In this document: positions 27,445 through 38,023 of the stretch, piece by piece
Position numbering within the stretch: the first letter of the stretch is position 1
How the letters are laid out: each line of letters starts with the position of its first letter
Origin: Massalongia carnosa
Taxonomy: Eukaryota
Direction: 5' to 3'
DNA length: 64,000 nucleotides
Assembly (NCBI GenBank): GCA_965645245.1
Contig: OZ287084.1
Location: 434,001-498,000 of the forward strand
The notes under the pieces: generated by a model
Database searches by the model: none
What the model saw: only the letters and a program-made list of their open reading frames with translations
Told to the model about the DNA's origin: nothing
Translations under genes and position numbers: made by a program

Positions 27445-29315
27445 TACTGTGCTCAAATAGACCCTCCATCAGCTAAGGGTTGAATATGGCTTCTTCTGCT
27501 GTCGGTCTTTCTTCCGGCATCCAGCAGAGCATATTCCCTGTGAGTTGCAGAAAACCACCCTTGTCATCGTTCTCAAGTCTTCGTTCGAGGTTCTCCAGAT
27601 TGACATGGGGGATTGGCATGAGACCTCTCCATTTACCTACTCAAAACATGTCAGCAGCTGTTCAAGAGCTTCATCTCAGAAGACCCTCTAGAAAGAAAGG
27701 CACTACAACCCATTTTCGTCCCAATACCGCAGACTTTTCTCGCTTCATTTGAGGAAGTCCAGAGGAGGGGGCCCGAGTATGGCTACCATTTCTGCAAGAT
27801 GGTACCCTTCGTCGTATTCCTTACCGAGGTTTCTTCCCTAAAATAAACGGCCATACTCAAAAAGATCCTAGATCGAATTGTATAAGCTGTTACGCATATA
27901 GAGCGGATAAACATTTACTATCAACTTCTAATGTTGGGAAGGAGATATCAATCAAGGACGAGGTGCTTACTACCATAGCAACATTCCAAATATCAACCCT
28001 ATAGCTCCACTTCATACCTAAAGATAATTTCGGGAGCTCTATACACATCTGGGATAATATCGTCTTGATGTTCCTCATCACCCAGCCGTGCTTCGCCAAG
28101 GTCGCAGAGAACTGGAGGCCCAGAAGTGAGAGGAAGTGGTCGCGAAAGGTAAATAGTGCGGCCACCGACTAATTTTCGGGGGACCGGGTGCTCAAACTCA
28201 TCATTTTCGTACTCTGAAAGAACGGATTCATCATTAATCCATAAGAGTAATTCGGCTAAGGCGAAAGGTAATGCCGGGACCGAGTGGAGGCAGGCCGCGA
28301 ACAGCCAACGAAGGCCGAAGGACAAAGGAGGATGATGTCCAAAATAGTTGGACAAGCAAGGGAGAGAAAGGGCATAAATAGGTGGCCTTTTGGCACTCTT
28401 CTCCTCATCATCACCATTGATTCGGAGTTCAGCACCAAAAGGTCTTTTGCCCACCCACCCACTCCCTGAATCAGCCGCATAGGTAGATGGAGTTTTTCCC
28501 CTCACTGCTGCCAAAACAAAGCCATTATAGGAGGGCCCCTCAGCAAAACTGAGCGCCAGCAGGGCAGCAGCGAGGGGAGAGTTGCCCAAACATAGATAGA
28601 AATTATGTATATGTTCAGCTGACACGATGGAGTCCGCGAATTACTAGATTGTTTAGTTGTAAATCTAGGCTCTAGTCAGCGGTGCTGTCCACAGTTTGTG
28701 AAAGGCAACAGCCTTACCAGTGTGTATGACGTGTGCCTCTCTACGAAGATAGTCTAAAGCAGCTAGAAGCTGCCGAACCGAGGTTCTCAATACGTCTTTG
28801 CTAAAGACCTTACCACGAGCCCGTATCTTCAGGTCATAGAGGCTCATCCCGAGGGGCTGATGAACAAGACAAATATATCGGCCATCCGGTCCAGCAAATT
28901 CAAAAGAATCAAGCAAATTAGAAGGCATCGACCACCGGCATGGCTGGAGTGAATTTGACTGAGATGATTGTAGATTGGGAGCTCCCGATGTAATTTTGAA
29001 CTGTTAACATAGAATTCAGAGCAATGTATCGATGTTGCCTGGGAAGATATCAGCTAAGTCTCGTTAATCGTGAAGCTTAACGTAGAATATACATAAGATC
29101 ACGACATAGCCAGATAGTGGAGCTTGAGCCATAGCCCACTTTGCCCACAACCTGATACCTTTCGTTAAAAACCTCCAAATCCAGACCAGATAGTACCTCT
29201 AGGCTGTATGATTAGGAAATGACTCCTCGTCGACTAGAATCGAAGAGTCTATTAATCTGAATCCTGTGCTCGAAAAGGTCCGCGATTCTCGAAATGATCG
29301 TTGTGACGATATCAT
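27445..29315 (-). pseudogene. SRPK/Sky1-like (CMGC) fungal protein kinase pseudogene
   Basis: [77 protein letters not shown]. In-frame TAG near 29200, frameshifts near 29180 and 28020, and a ~400-bp insertion just after the catalytic loop. Confidence 0.88.
28246..28645. mobile_element. ~400-bp non-coding insertion (solo-LTR- or MITE-like) in the kinase pseudogene
   Basis: Interrupts DLQLNNL|LLWIND. Bounded by the 9-bp inverted repeat AGTAATTCG...CGAATTACT, with an internal TATA-like GCATAAATAGG. Exact ends and TSD are ambiguous. Confidence 0.65.
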
Positions 29316-30488
29316 GCTGTGTAAATATGCATGTTACAACAGACCCGAAGAGCGTGGGGATTGGCGCAGTAGAACTCGAGAGAGGCTATAGGAGAATATG
29401 CAATACTGCGAAAACGAGCATGGGAACGAGTAAAGCTTAGCCATAATTGTTAAGAGGAGGGCACAATAGAAAGTGACTATTTTGGTAGCTCAAAAATCGA
29501 TACTTAAATGGAAAGAAGTTGACAGCATGATCTGACGAAGAATTCTATTCTTCGTCTTTCCATCAAGTGCACTTTGTCATCGCATCGTGATTGTCAAAAA
29601 AAGGAGCGAAAACTTAAGACGATTTGTGTCAAAAAAAAAGCTACACAATAACACTATTGTTATCCACATACAGAGGAGGCGACTCCCTCTACTCACCGCT
29701 GCGTATCGCTTTAACTAGTTGCATACGATCAGATTTACTTGATACGTCCATAATTAACTATCCCACGTCCACGAGCTAGCTACTTGAGTTTCTGCAAACC
29801 AAGGCAATCTCGAGTATGCCTCTTCGTATATTTGCCCGTTTTTGTTAGAACGTCCTTGTTTGATCATGTGAGATAGTTAAGGATTTCTTTTCTTTTCAGG
29901 CTGTCGATAGACTAGGTATTCCCTCCATCCCTCCTCTCCCCTCCCCCCTCTCAAACCCATGTACCGGGAGTCATGGAAGTGATTTACCCCCTCGCTAGGC
30001 GCAGGGTCTCGGAGCCTACGGACGGAGAGAGAAAGAGACAGCGAGAGTTTCTGGAGGCACTAGCCAGGAAGAAGGGAGAGAGCTGTGGGAGGTTGGGTGC
30101 GGTATCTAGGTACATGTATGCTGTGCTCGTAGTTTGGAGGTGGGGGAGTTTCGGGGAAGGAGCGTGTGTGCGCGATCGGAGGGTCTGCGAGGATAGATAG
30201 ACACCTATAGGTATTTAGTAATGAGGTTAGGGGTGCCCTGGATTAATTTCAGGGGGTCGGGGACGCGCGATGTTTGAAAAGAAATCGCAATAACGGGGTT
30301 TCCATGTCTTTGGCCGAACTAACATTTTCATACAAAAAATCTGAAGGCTCATAAACACCTCTTCCTGCGCCGATCGGCTCACCCGCTTCCGTTGCCATCC
30401 CATTCCTTTCTCCACGAAAAGGAAGAAAAGAAAGAAAAAAGTATAATCATGCAAACGTAGATATAAGCATCTTACAAGCATGAGCCGC

Positions 30489-33400
30489 TCATTGCGTAAC
30501 AGCCCGCACGCCCTGCAATACCAAGGCGAACATCAAGCCCCTTGCCACCTCCTCGACCTGCAAGCAATCGAACACCCTCCCCAGCGCCTCCCCGCTCGCC
30601 GCAGCGCCCATCACGCTCGTCAGCGCCTGCGGCATGCCCCTTTCCACGAGCAGTTTCCTTGCCTTGGCTCGTAGTCTCTCCTTGTCTTCTTCCGAAGGCG
30701 GAGGGAGCCAGGATTTGCGCTCGTCCTCCGTGGGGAGGGTGTTCTTTCGTAAATTGAGGAGGTGGGCAGCGACGCCAGCGTCGGACGTGTTGGCTTCGAT
30801 GATGCTGTCCTGAAGGAGGAGGCGGATGGCTTCGAGGTTGGGGTTTCCGGGGCGGAGGAGGAAGCCTTTGGCGGCGTTGAGGAGGGTGCGGCGGATATTC
30901 CACGCGGAGGAGAGGGTATAGAGTTCGTTGATGACGGCGAAGAAAAGTTCGACCGCCACCCGGGTTTCTTTCTCTGAGAAGGGAAGGGGTTTCTCGCGCT
31001 GTGGTTCGGACGAAAGCGCTGTAGGGAGTTCGGGCGGTTGTATTGATGATGAGGTGCTTTTACGAGTCGGAGAAGGTTGGGATGGCGGGGCGGTGCTAGT
31101 GGATGAACGTGCGGTTGTTGATTCGTCAATGAAACTTAAGCTCTTCAAAGAAGCTTGAGAAATGTTGTAATCGTCAGGTATTTCGCTTGGGGGAGGTGGT
31201 AAATGGAGTTCATGCTCTCCACTTGGCGTTGCCTGGCTGGCTGGTGGTCTTATTGTATTGCTATCTTGAAATGGAAACTGGTTTGATGCATTATCCAAGG
31301 TATTTCGCTCGATTGGACTCGCGTTCATATCCCGGGATTCCGAAACACTCATACTCGATCGAGAAGACCAAGAGGGCAGTTTCGGTGGCTCGCTTGATAT
31401 GCTAAACGAAGTTCCGGGACCTTCTTGGGACTTTCGGCTGAGCCCTTTGCTTGGCGTTTTTGGGCTAGCGCCTTCAATTTTTGAGACGTTGGAGCTGGAT
31501 GCCTGTGCTTGCTTTCTCTGTCCAAGGGACCCAACCCCTCCCAGAACCCCAGTCACACCGCCCAGAATAGCCTTACCCCCGCCAGCTGCGCCTTTTGGGG
31601 CGCTGGCAAGTACATCGAGCATACCCTTGCCCATCGTTTCGAAGGAAGCCGAACTAGGAAACCCAAAGCCACCTTTGGGCATATTTGGTGAAGATCGGCC
31701 CATGCCTTGATCTTTTTCTAAAAAGCGCTTCATACCCTCACTTTCAGCGAGCCGGTCAAACGCTAATGCATCTTGCAAGTAGTGTTCTAGATCGCTTCGC
31801 AGCGAAGCTTTTGTTCTATTCTTCCAACTTGGCAATGTGCCATATTTCTGCGCGAACCTAGGAACCCCAGACACAATGGAGATCCGACGTAGTACTTCAT
31901 GCAAGTTTTCGAAATCAGCATATTTGCGTGCTATCATCCAACCGGGATGTTGGGATGAAATCGGCTCAATTTGTAGAAGGTATTCTGCGCCTGGCTTCGA
32001 CCGAGTACTAGCTTTCTCCCCAGGCTGAGCATCATCGAAAATCGAGATATTTGCGTTATGAAGCGTCATCGGAATTGGCAATGAGCGGGGCCCTGCCCCA
32101 TCGGTATGCAGTCCACTTGACCTTTCTGGCAAAATAATCTGGTCGAAGTTGGTAAAGCTAGATCTTGGCCCGCAGGCCATCGAGGTATTTTGAGAGGCTG
32201 TAACACTATCTTCATCCAGTTTTGTTGGTGGATTGGAAAAAGAGCCGTCGATTCCACTGTGCGATGATGTAGGTGTCATATTACCTAGAGTAGTGGTTTC
32301 TGAGGATACTGAGCCGTCTAATCTGTACTCTTTTTTAGCTTCCTCTGCAGCAATGAGCTCACTCAGTCTCTTTGCTTCCTGCATTGCTTCATCCATAGCG
32401 CTCTCGGCTCTGCTAAAGTTCCGTGTATGCTCTGATCGACCCTCGAGTCTAGATAGGGCCTCACCGTCCAGAGCAGATCCGTTTATGAGTGCCGATTGAG
32501 CCGAGAAGGCATTATTCATATTGGCAGCCGCACCACCTACACCAACATCAATCGCGGTTGAAAGATCGGTTTCTCCCTCTTCGAGTAGATAGATAATCCA
32601 ACCATTGATCCATTCTGCTTTCGAACATGTTTGCACCGTCTTCTCAAGGATCAGTCCAGCTAAGACCTCTCGCAAAAAGACCTTTATAGGATCACAATCG
32701 TAAGCTTTGGAGTCTAAAAAATTCTGCAGTATGTCTTCCGCTACAGCTTGTAGTTTTTTGTTCTGTTGTTCTACGTCCAACACATTGGCAAGGTTACTGT
32801 CTGGATTGACTTCAAGGTACTTGTATATAGTTTTAGAATGATCCGAATTAGCTAGACCAGGGCTCATAAGTGCCGCAGAAAGCTCATTGAGAAAGACAAT
32901 GACAATCGAAGAGGTGTTTGTAAGAAAGTCAAGGAAAGTGTCTGCGGGTCTTTTTCGTGATAGATGCAAGGAAATCGCCAGAAGAAAACGTGCGAAGGTT
33001 TGCCGGCAAATGGCAGGAAATGTGGGTTCCAGAGGCAGTAGAGGAGTATACCACCATCTGAATATGTTAGCATGTTAAATTAGCGGATGGATATGAGATC
33101 TATACTGGACATGGGCATGTATAACCGCATCAGTCAGACTCCTTAAAGCTGCACCTGTAGCGGGCGGGAAGTCCGAGAAATCGAGCTTGTTTGCAATAAA
33201 ACACGTAGAATCCAGAGCAGAAGTATGATCATCTTCACGACTGTGACTACTTTGCCTTCGTTCTCGCCAGTCCAGCACACGCTCTATTATATCAAACCCT
33301 CGTTCTCTCTTGTGCCTAGCCTCAGCAGATCTCAGCTCTTCATCTGCATGGTTTAGATTGTTTTCTTCCCACGTGGCATGCACAATAACACCACCAATGG

Positions 33401-33677
33401 CTCCTATGAGGATGAGCCCGAGTCTACCTAGTACAAGGTATGTTACCGCAACCAGTCCTACAAAGCAGGCCCCCAGTGTCTCGTTCGTTGCATTTGAAAG
33501 AAAATGCAAAACATTGTTCGTCAACTCTTGGATTTTGAGGACTGTACCCTCTTTGGCCCTATCACTTGAGCTGTCAGAGGTTGGAGCATTCTCTCCCAGC
33601 TTCACTTCTTCAAGAGCTTCACCTGCTGGTGGTTGAAAGTGAGACTCCTTGGCGTAAGCTAAGATATTTTGAGCCAT
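30489..33677 (-). CDS. PXA + PX + Nexin_C domain sorting-nexin-like protein with N-terminal transmembrane segment
   Basis: Exons 33677-33106 and 33057-30489 (48-nt GT-AG intron). TM stretch, PXA-like VQWWYTPLLP..FP, PX motif GWMIARKYADFENLHEVL..LEHYL, Nexin_C-like ELYTLSSAWNIRR..RVFDCLQ. Confidence 0.88.
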
Positions 33678-33887
33678 TACTGTCTCAACACCATGATTCC
33701 AGCGCGCATCTGTCGGTTAGAGGTCTATGTCAATGCCAAAGAATACAAAGGAGAAAGTTTGCTAGCCGCAACGTCTCTAGATCCTGATGCGTACTAGTGG
33801 CGGGATTGAGGAACAGCATTCCGGCTGCTGCCATAGGGCTGACCCTGCTCAAACTGCCAAAATTAGAGAGTCCTCAAGATACCTATC

Positions 33888-34758
33888 ATGATGGAGATCT
33901 GCAAATCATGTCAAAATTTTCTGACGGTGTTCATAGAGCCTCAGTATAATGGCCTTGCTGGTTCAGCCTCCGGATCCAATGCTGGTCAAACAGTGGATGA
34001 CGATGTCGAGCTTGAATGTGGGTGCCATTTCCATTGGTGTGTACAGGTCTCATAAACGGCACATAGATTCTTTTCCGCAAGACTGACAAGACCACTTTTC
34101 AAATAGGGAATGCCTTTTGGAAGCGTATACTATAACTGAGTGCCCAAACTGTGGAATAAATGTCGCAAGGAATGCACAAAATGGCGACCAGCAGGTCATA
34201 TGCAACATTAAGAATGAAGGAGGACTACAAGAGGGGCTCGATATACTCCCTTTACTAGCCGAAGAGAGCTACCTGAAGGCGTTTCCTGAGGAGCGTAGAT
34301 GTCGGGCATATCTGGAGTTCTGCGGGGAGGGAGACGTTGAGGCGATAATCAACCTTCTTCAAGATGATGATGATTATGATGACGGGGATGAAGAACCAGG
34401 GGACACTGTCAAGAGTGAAGCGAAAAATGTTGACCCGCTGGAAAGAATAGATGTGCTGAGATATCAAGATCCCATGGGTTCTATGAGTTCTGGGCTTCAT
34501 GTTGCAATCGCGAATAAAAGGATCGAAGTTGTGTGGCTTCTACTACTCCTGGCTTCTACACTGGCTCTTGCCCAATTTCCGCCGGAGATTCTTGAAGCTG
34601 CGGGCCAGTGGAAAGTTGCACGGGAGAATCAAAGCGGCAAAGTGGATATACGTACGTTGAAAGATGGTGAAGGAACGACAGCAGCTGAACGTGCCACGGC
34701 AGCTGGGGATTTTTGGAACGATTGGTTGACGTCCGGACGGCTCACGGCGGGACTTTAG
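33888..34758 (+). CDS. RING-variant zinc finger + ankyrin-like protein (putative E3 ligase), uncharacterised
   Basis: Exons 33888-34036 and 34107-34758. CKSC...CGCHFHWEC...CPNC gives C4HC3-like spacing, followed by ankyrin-like SGLHVAIANKRIEVVWLLL and DGEGTTAAERA. Confidence 0.75.
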
Positions 34759-35011
34759 TGAATCCAAGAATCCATCATAACAATAAAAAACCGAGTGTTT
34801 AATTAGTTTTCTATCAAAGCAACATATGCCCATTCGAATTGCCCATTCCTCATGGCTATCGCTGTGAAAGGCATCTAAAGCAAGAACGGGAATCAATCTC
34901 CGCAATCCGAGTGAAATCTCACGCTAATAAGATAGCGCGCGAGATACAAAGAAGAATGCGTTCCACCCCATAGTTTACTTCTGTTTCCTTTGCAACTTCA
35001 GAACTATCAAA

Positions 35012-35512
35012 TCATTGCTTTACGTATTTCGTGTGTGTACCGGTACAAACCACAGCACCAGAAACGGCGCCTTTTGCAGCCCGTCGGATCTCTACCGTGG
35101 TAAAAGCCAAAGTCTGACCGACCTTCGTTGCGCGACCTTCCACCTCCAACACATCGCCTATCCGTGCTGTAGAGATGAAGGTCGTGTGGATATCTGTTGA
35201 CACACCCGTCTTCTCAAGCCCCGTAGACGCAATCGCAAGACCTCCTGCCCAATCCGTCAGGCACGCCGAGACAGCGCCGTGCAATGTGCCTTTCGAGTTG
35301 AGGTGGACCGGCTGGACTGGCAAATGTGCTGTCACGAGACCGTGTGATGCAGCAACGATTTCGATGTCGCCCAACAGAAATTTGTAGATTGGGCTGTTGG
35401 GTTTCGTATTCGCCCAGATTGACTGCACGTGTAAGAGCTCTGGGGCGGGTTCTACACTCATCGCGTCGGTGGCTCGTACGAGGATGGATTTTGCTCGCAG
35501 AAGGAGCTGCAT
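35012..35512 (-). CDS. Hotdog-fold acyl-CoA thioesterase (PaaI/ACOT13-like)
   Basis: Single-exon ORF with HLNSKGTLHGAVSACLTD, GVSTDIHTTF, KVGQTLAFT and GTHTK. The start may be the second ATG (MSVEP). Confidence 0.9.
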   Translation of the reverse strand: MQLLLRAKSILVRATDAMSVEPAPELLHVQSIWANTKPNSPIYKFLLGDIEIVAASHGLVTAHLPVQPVHLNSKGTLHGAVSACLTDWAGGLAIASTGLEKTGVSTDIHTTFISTARIGDVLEVEGRATKVGQTLAFTTVEIRRAAKGAVSGAVVCTGTHTKYVKQ

Positions 35513-35637
35513 TGAAGTTCGGGTGGGAATTTCTTCTGGCCTGTAGTCGGTAGAAGGGTACCCTAAACCTTGAACATTCGGCTATTAGGCGTATTCTATA
35601 CAATATCTTACCCCAGGTTTACTAGTACAAAACCATG

Positions 35638-36960
35638 CACACGCTCGCAGAAAAAAAAGCGACAACCAAAAATTTTACCCCATCAAATCCCCCTTTTCAT
35701 CAACAACCAGCACCAACAACCAGCATTTAGTCATCATGAAAAGCTGATTATATTCATCTAACTATTAGCCAGTCATCTGGCCCTCGCCATCTATGACTGC
35801 TTGCAACCGATCAGGCATTTCATCAACTTTTTCATTAATAAATGCCTGAGAAACACGATCCCATCCTTCATTAATTAGCTCCTTGGTCGTCGCATCGTCC
35901 CAATGAGGATATTTACGAAGATGTTGCTTCGGAGTTGACCAGCTGTTTTCCACAGGAGATAAATCAGGTGATGAAGCACAATTGAAATAATGGTTTAGAT
36001 GATTTGTCTCCTTCCAAGTGCGTACGATGTTTGATTTGCTCGGTCCATGACCCGAATCCCCATCTTCTTCAAGCACGAAGTCATGCCCCTGATCAAGCCA
36101 CGGCTTGACCACCGGCTCCAAAGTCTGATCAATATACACCCGTTGACTCATCTTTCCATTGGCATTGCCCGGCACGTTGCAATAATGAATATCTGACTTG
36201 AAATCGTGACCAACAGCTGCCCAGCAATGATGCCGTTTCACATCTCTAGAATCTGGTTCTTCTGCTTGCTGTATACAGTCCTGACATTATCTTTCGCCCG
36301 GCTGGCGAATGATGGACAGTTTACCTTGAGGACCCCATCCGAAATGCACCTCATCACTGAATCGTACGTTATGCCAGTCAGACTTTTCAGGATATCTTTT
36401 CAACATAACTTTGGCCCAATCAGAGCGACGACGAGCTGTTTTCTCATTGACCCGGCCCTTTCTGCATGCGACGCATTTGTGATAATCCATCGTTCCCATA
36501 GCTATTTGTATGATTCGTCCCGAGCATTCAAGTCCCACCTCATAGCCCAAGTGTACCCAGGTGAGAGCACGCGCCTCAAATCCCTCCTCCTCTATGATGC
36601 GCTCCATTTCGCGAATTTTTTGTGGAGTAACAATAGCCTTTCGCCCTCGCGTTTCAGGAAGATCAGGCTTATTGTGATGTCTTCGCGAGCTCTCCTGATT
36701 TAAAGCTCTCCAGCCGGCATGATGACTCACATTAAACGTACGAAAAACGTCGTCTTTGAAGTAGAGAATGCCCATGCGATCGCAGAATTCAACGGCTCCT
36801 TGAATTTTAGCTTTTGTAGGAGTAGGATAGTGCATTCTAGATTCAGAAGAGTTAGGCTCAGGTGTGTTGGGTCGTTCCATGATGCTGGTTGTTGGTGAAA
36901 AGGGGGGATTTTTGATGGGGTGAAATTTTTGGGTGTCGCTTTTTTTTCTGCGATCGCGTG
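35638..36960 (-). mobile_element. Tc1/mariner-superfamily DNA transposon (DD37E spacing), ~1.32 kb
   Basis: ~75-78-bp TIRs at 35638-35712 and 36883-36960 (CAC.CG.TCGCAGAAAAAAAAGCGACA.CCAAAAATTT.ACCCCATCAAA...) enclose a transposase. Flanked on both sides by CCATG. Confidence 0.92.
35765..36880 (-). pseudogene. Tc1-like DDE transposase with one in-frame stop
   Basis: ATG 36880 (MERPNTP), VRFSDEVHF, a single TAA at 36287-36289, then the same frame continues through FVLEEDGDSGH...SPDLSPVEN to 35765. There are 37 residues between the second D and the E. Confidence 0.9.
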
Positions 36961-38023
36961 CCATGTCACATAATCTTGACTTGCTGCCACTGGTTCCTTC
37001 GTCTTGAAGATCCACGTTTAAAACGCCAAGAGACGAGTTTACCCGTAGCAGCAGCAGCACATGGCCAAACCCTAGAAAGCCATGCTGGTACGTAACGAAA
37101 AATTTACTCTTCAACGAAGGTTCAACGAAGAATGCCAAGTTACTTTGGCCTTGTGGTAGCATCAGATGGCTGTTGAAAGGGATCTGACTTGTCATTTTCT
37201 TGAAATACCTACAGATTCTTCTCATCACGCGCTAGTTAAAGGTTCGATTTATTCCATGTGGTTTCATTTTTACGTCTGCCTGTCTGGATTTTGAGACTCA
37301 GGCTGCTGGACGAGAACGACGAAGCAAGCAGGCTGAATGGACGTTCCAAGATTGAGGGGAATTCTCTTGGGGGAGGGAGACGATTTTTAATCTAAGATGG
37401 AGAGGCTGTCGATACTGAGTACTGGCAATCTTGGAAATATATGCTGGAGACGGAAGTCAACCTAAGACTTGTTTGTGAGCCAGCGCAATGATGTCAACTA
37501 TGGGTTGAGGATGAGATGGGTTTCAGGAAATGGGTTTCAGGAAGCGATCTTACGCAAAGTTTAGAGCTCATCGGCTTTGTAAATGATAGCTTTTTGGAAC
37601 CGTTTTATATCTGGCATGCTGCTTTCCCACCTCATCCTCCTTAAGTTGTTCTAACTTCAGATTTCTCTATTTTGCCGATTTTTGATAGCGGAGGAATAAT
37701 TTGGAAAACAAATTAACGAATGATTAGCTGCATCCTCTTTGGCAGGCGATGGATGTTAGACAGATTGTTGTGAAAATAAGTGACGACGATTTGTTTGTTA
37801 TCGATAACGCTTGGGTGCACGAGGTCACTCGCTCATCAAACCTGGTTTTCCCCTCAACACTGGATCAACACTTGATCAACACATGTAAACCTTATGAACA
37901 CTCCCAACCTCCCGTGATCCTTCGCTGCTGCCTGCAGTCGGATGAACCATATCCCACGCATGTTGGCAGCGTCCATTCGCCGTGGCCCGTCTAAAACTTT
38001 CCTGGTTTCTCCGGGCAGATAGG

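Noticed and set aside
27999..28625. 208-aa ORF as a real gene
   Set aside because: It is a chimera of the 400-bp insertion and a kinase pseudogene exon.
29534..29556. Perfect 10-bp hairpin GACGAAGAAT/ATTCTTCGTC
   Set aside because: It is isolated and has no context that suggests a function.
36881..37228. N-terminal extension of the 313-aa ORF 36287-37228
   Set aside because: It runs through the TIR into flanking DNA. The transposase most plausibly starts at ATG 36880.
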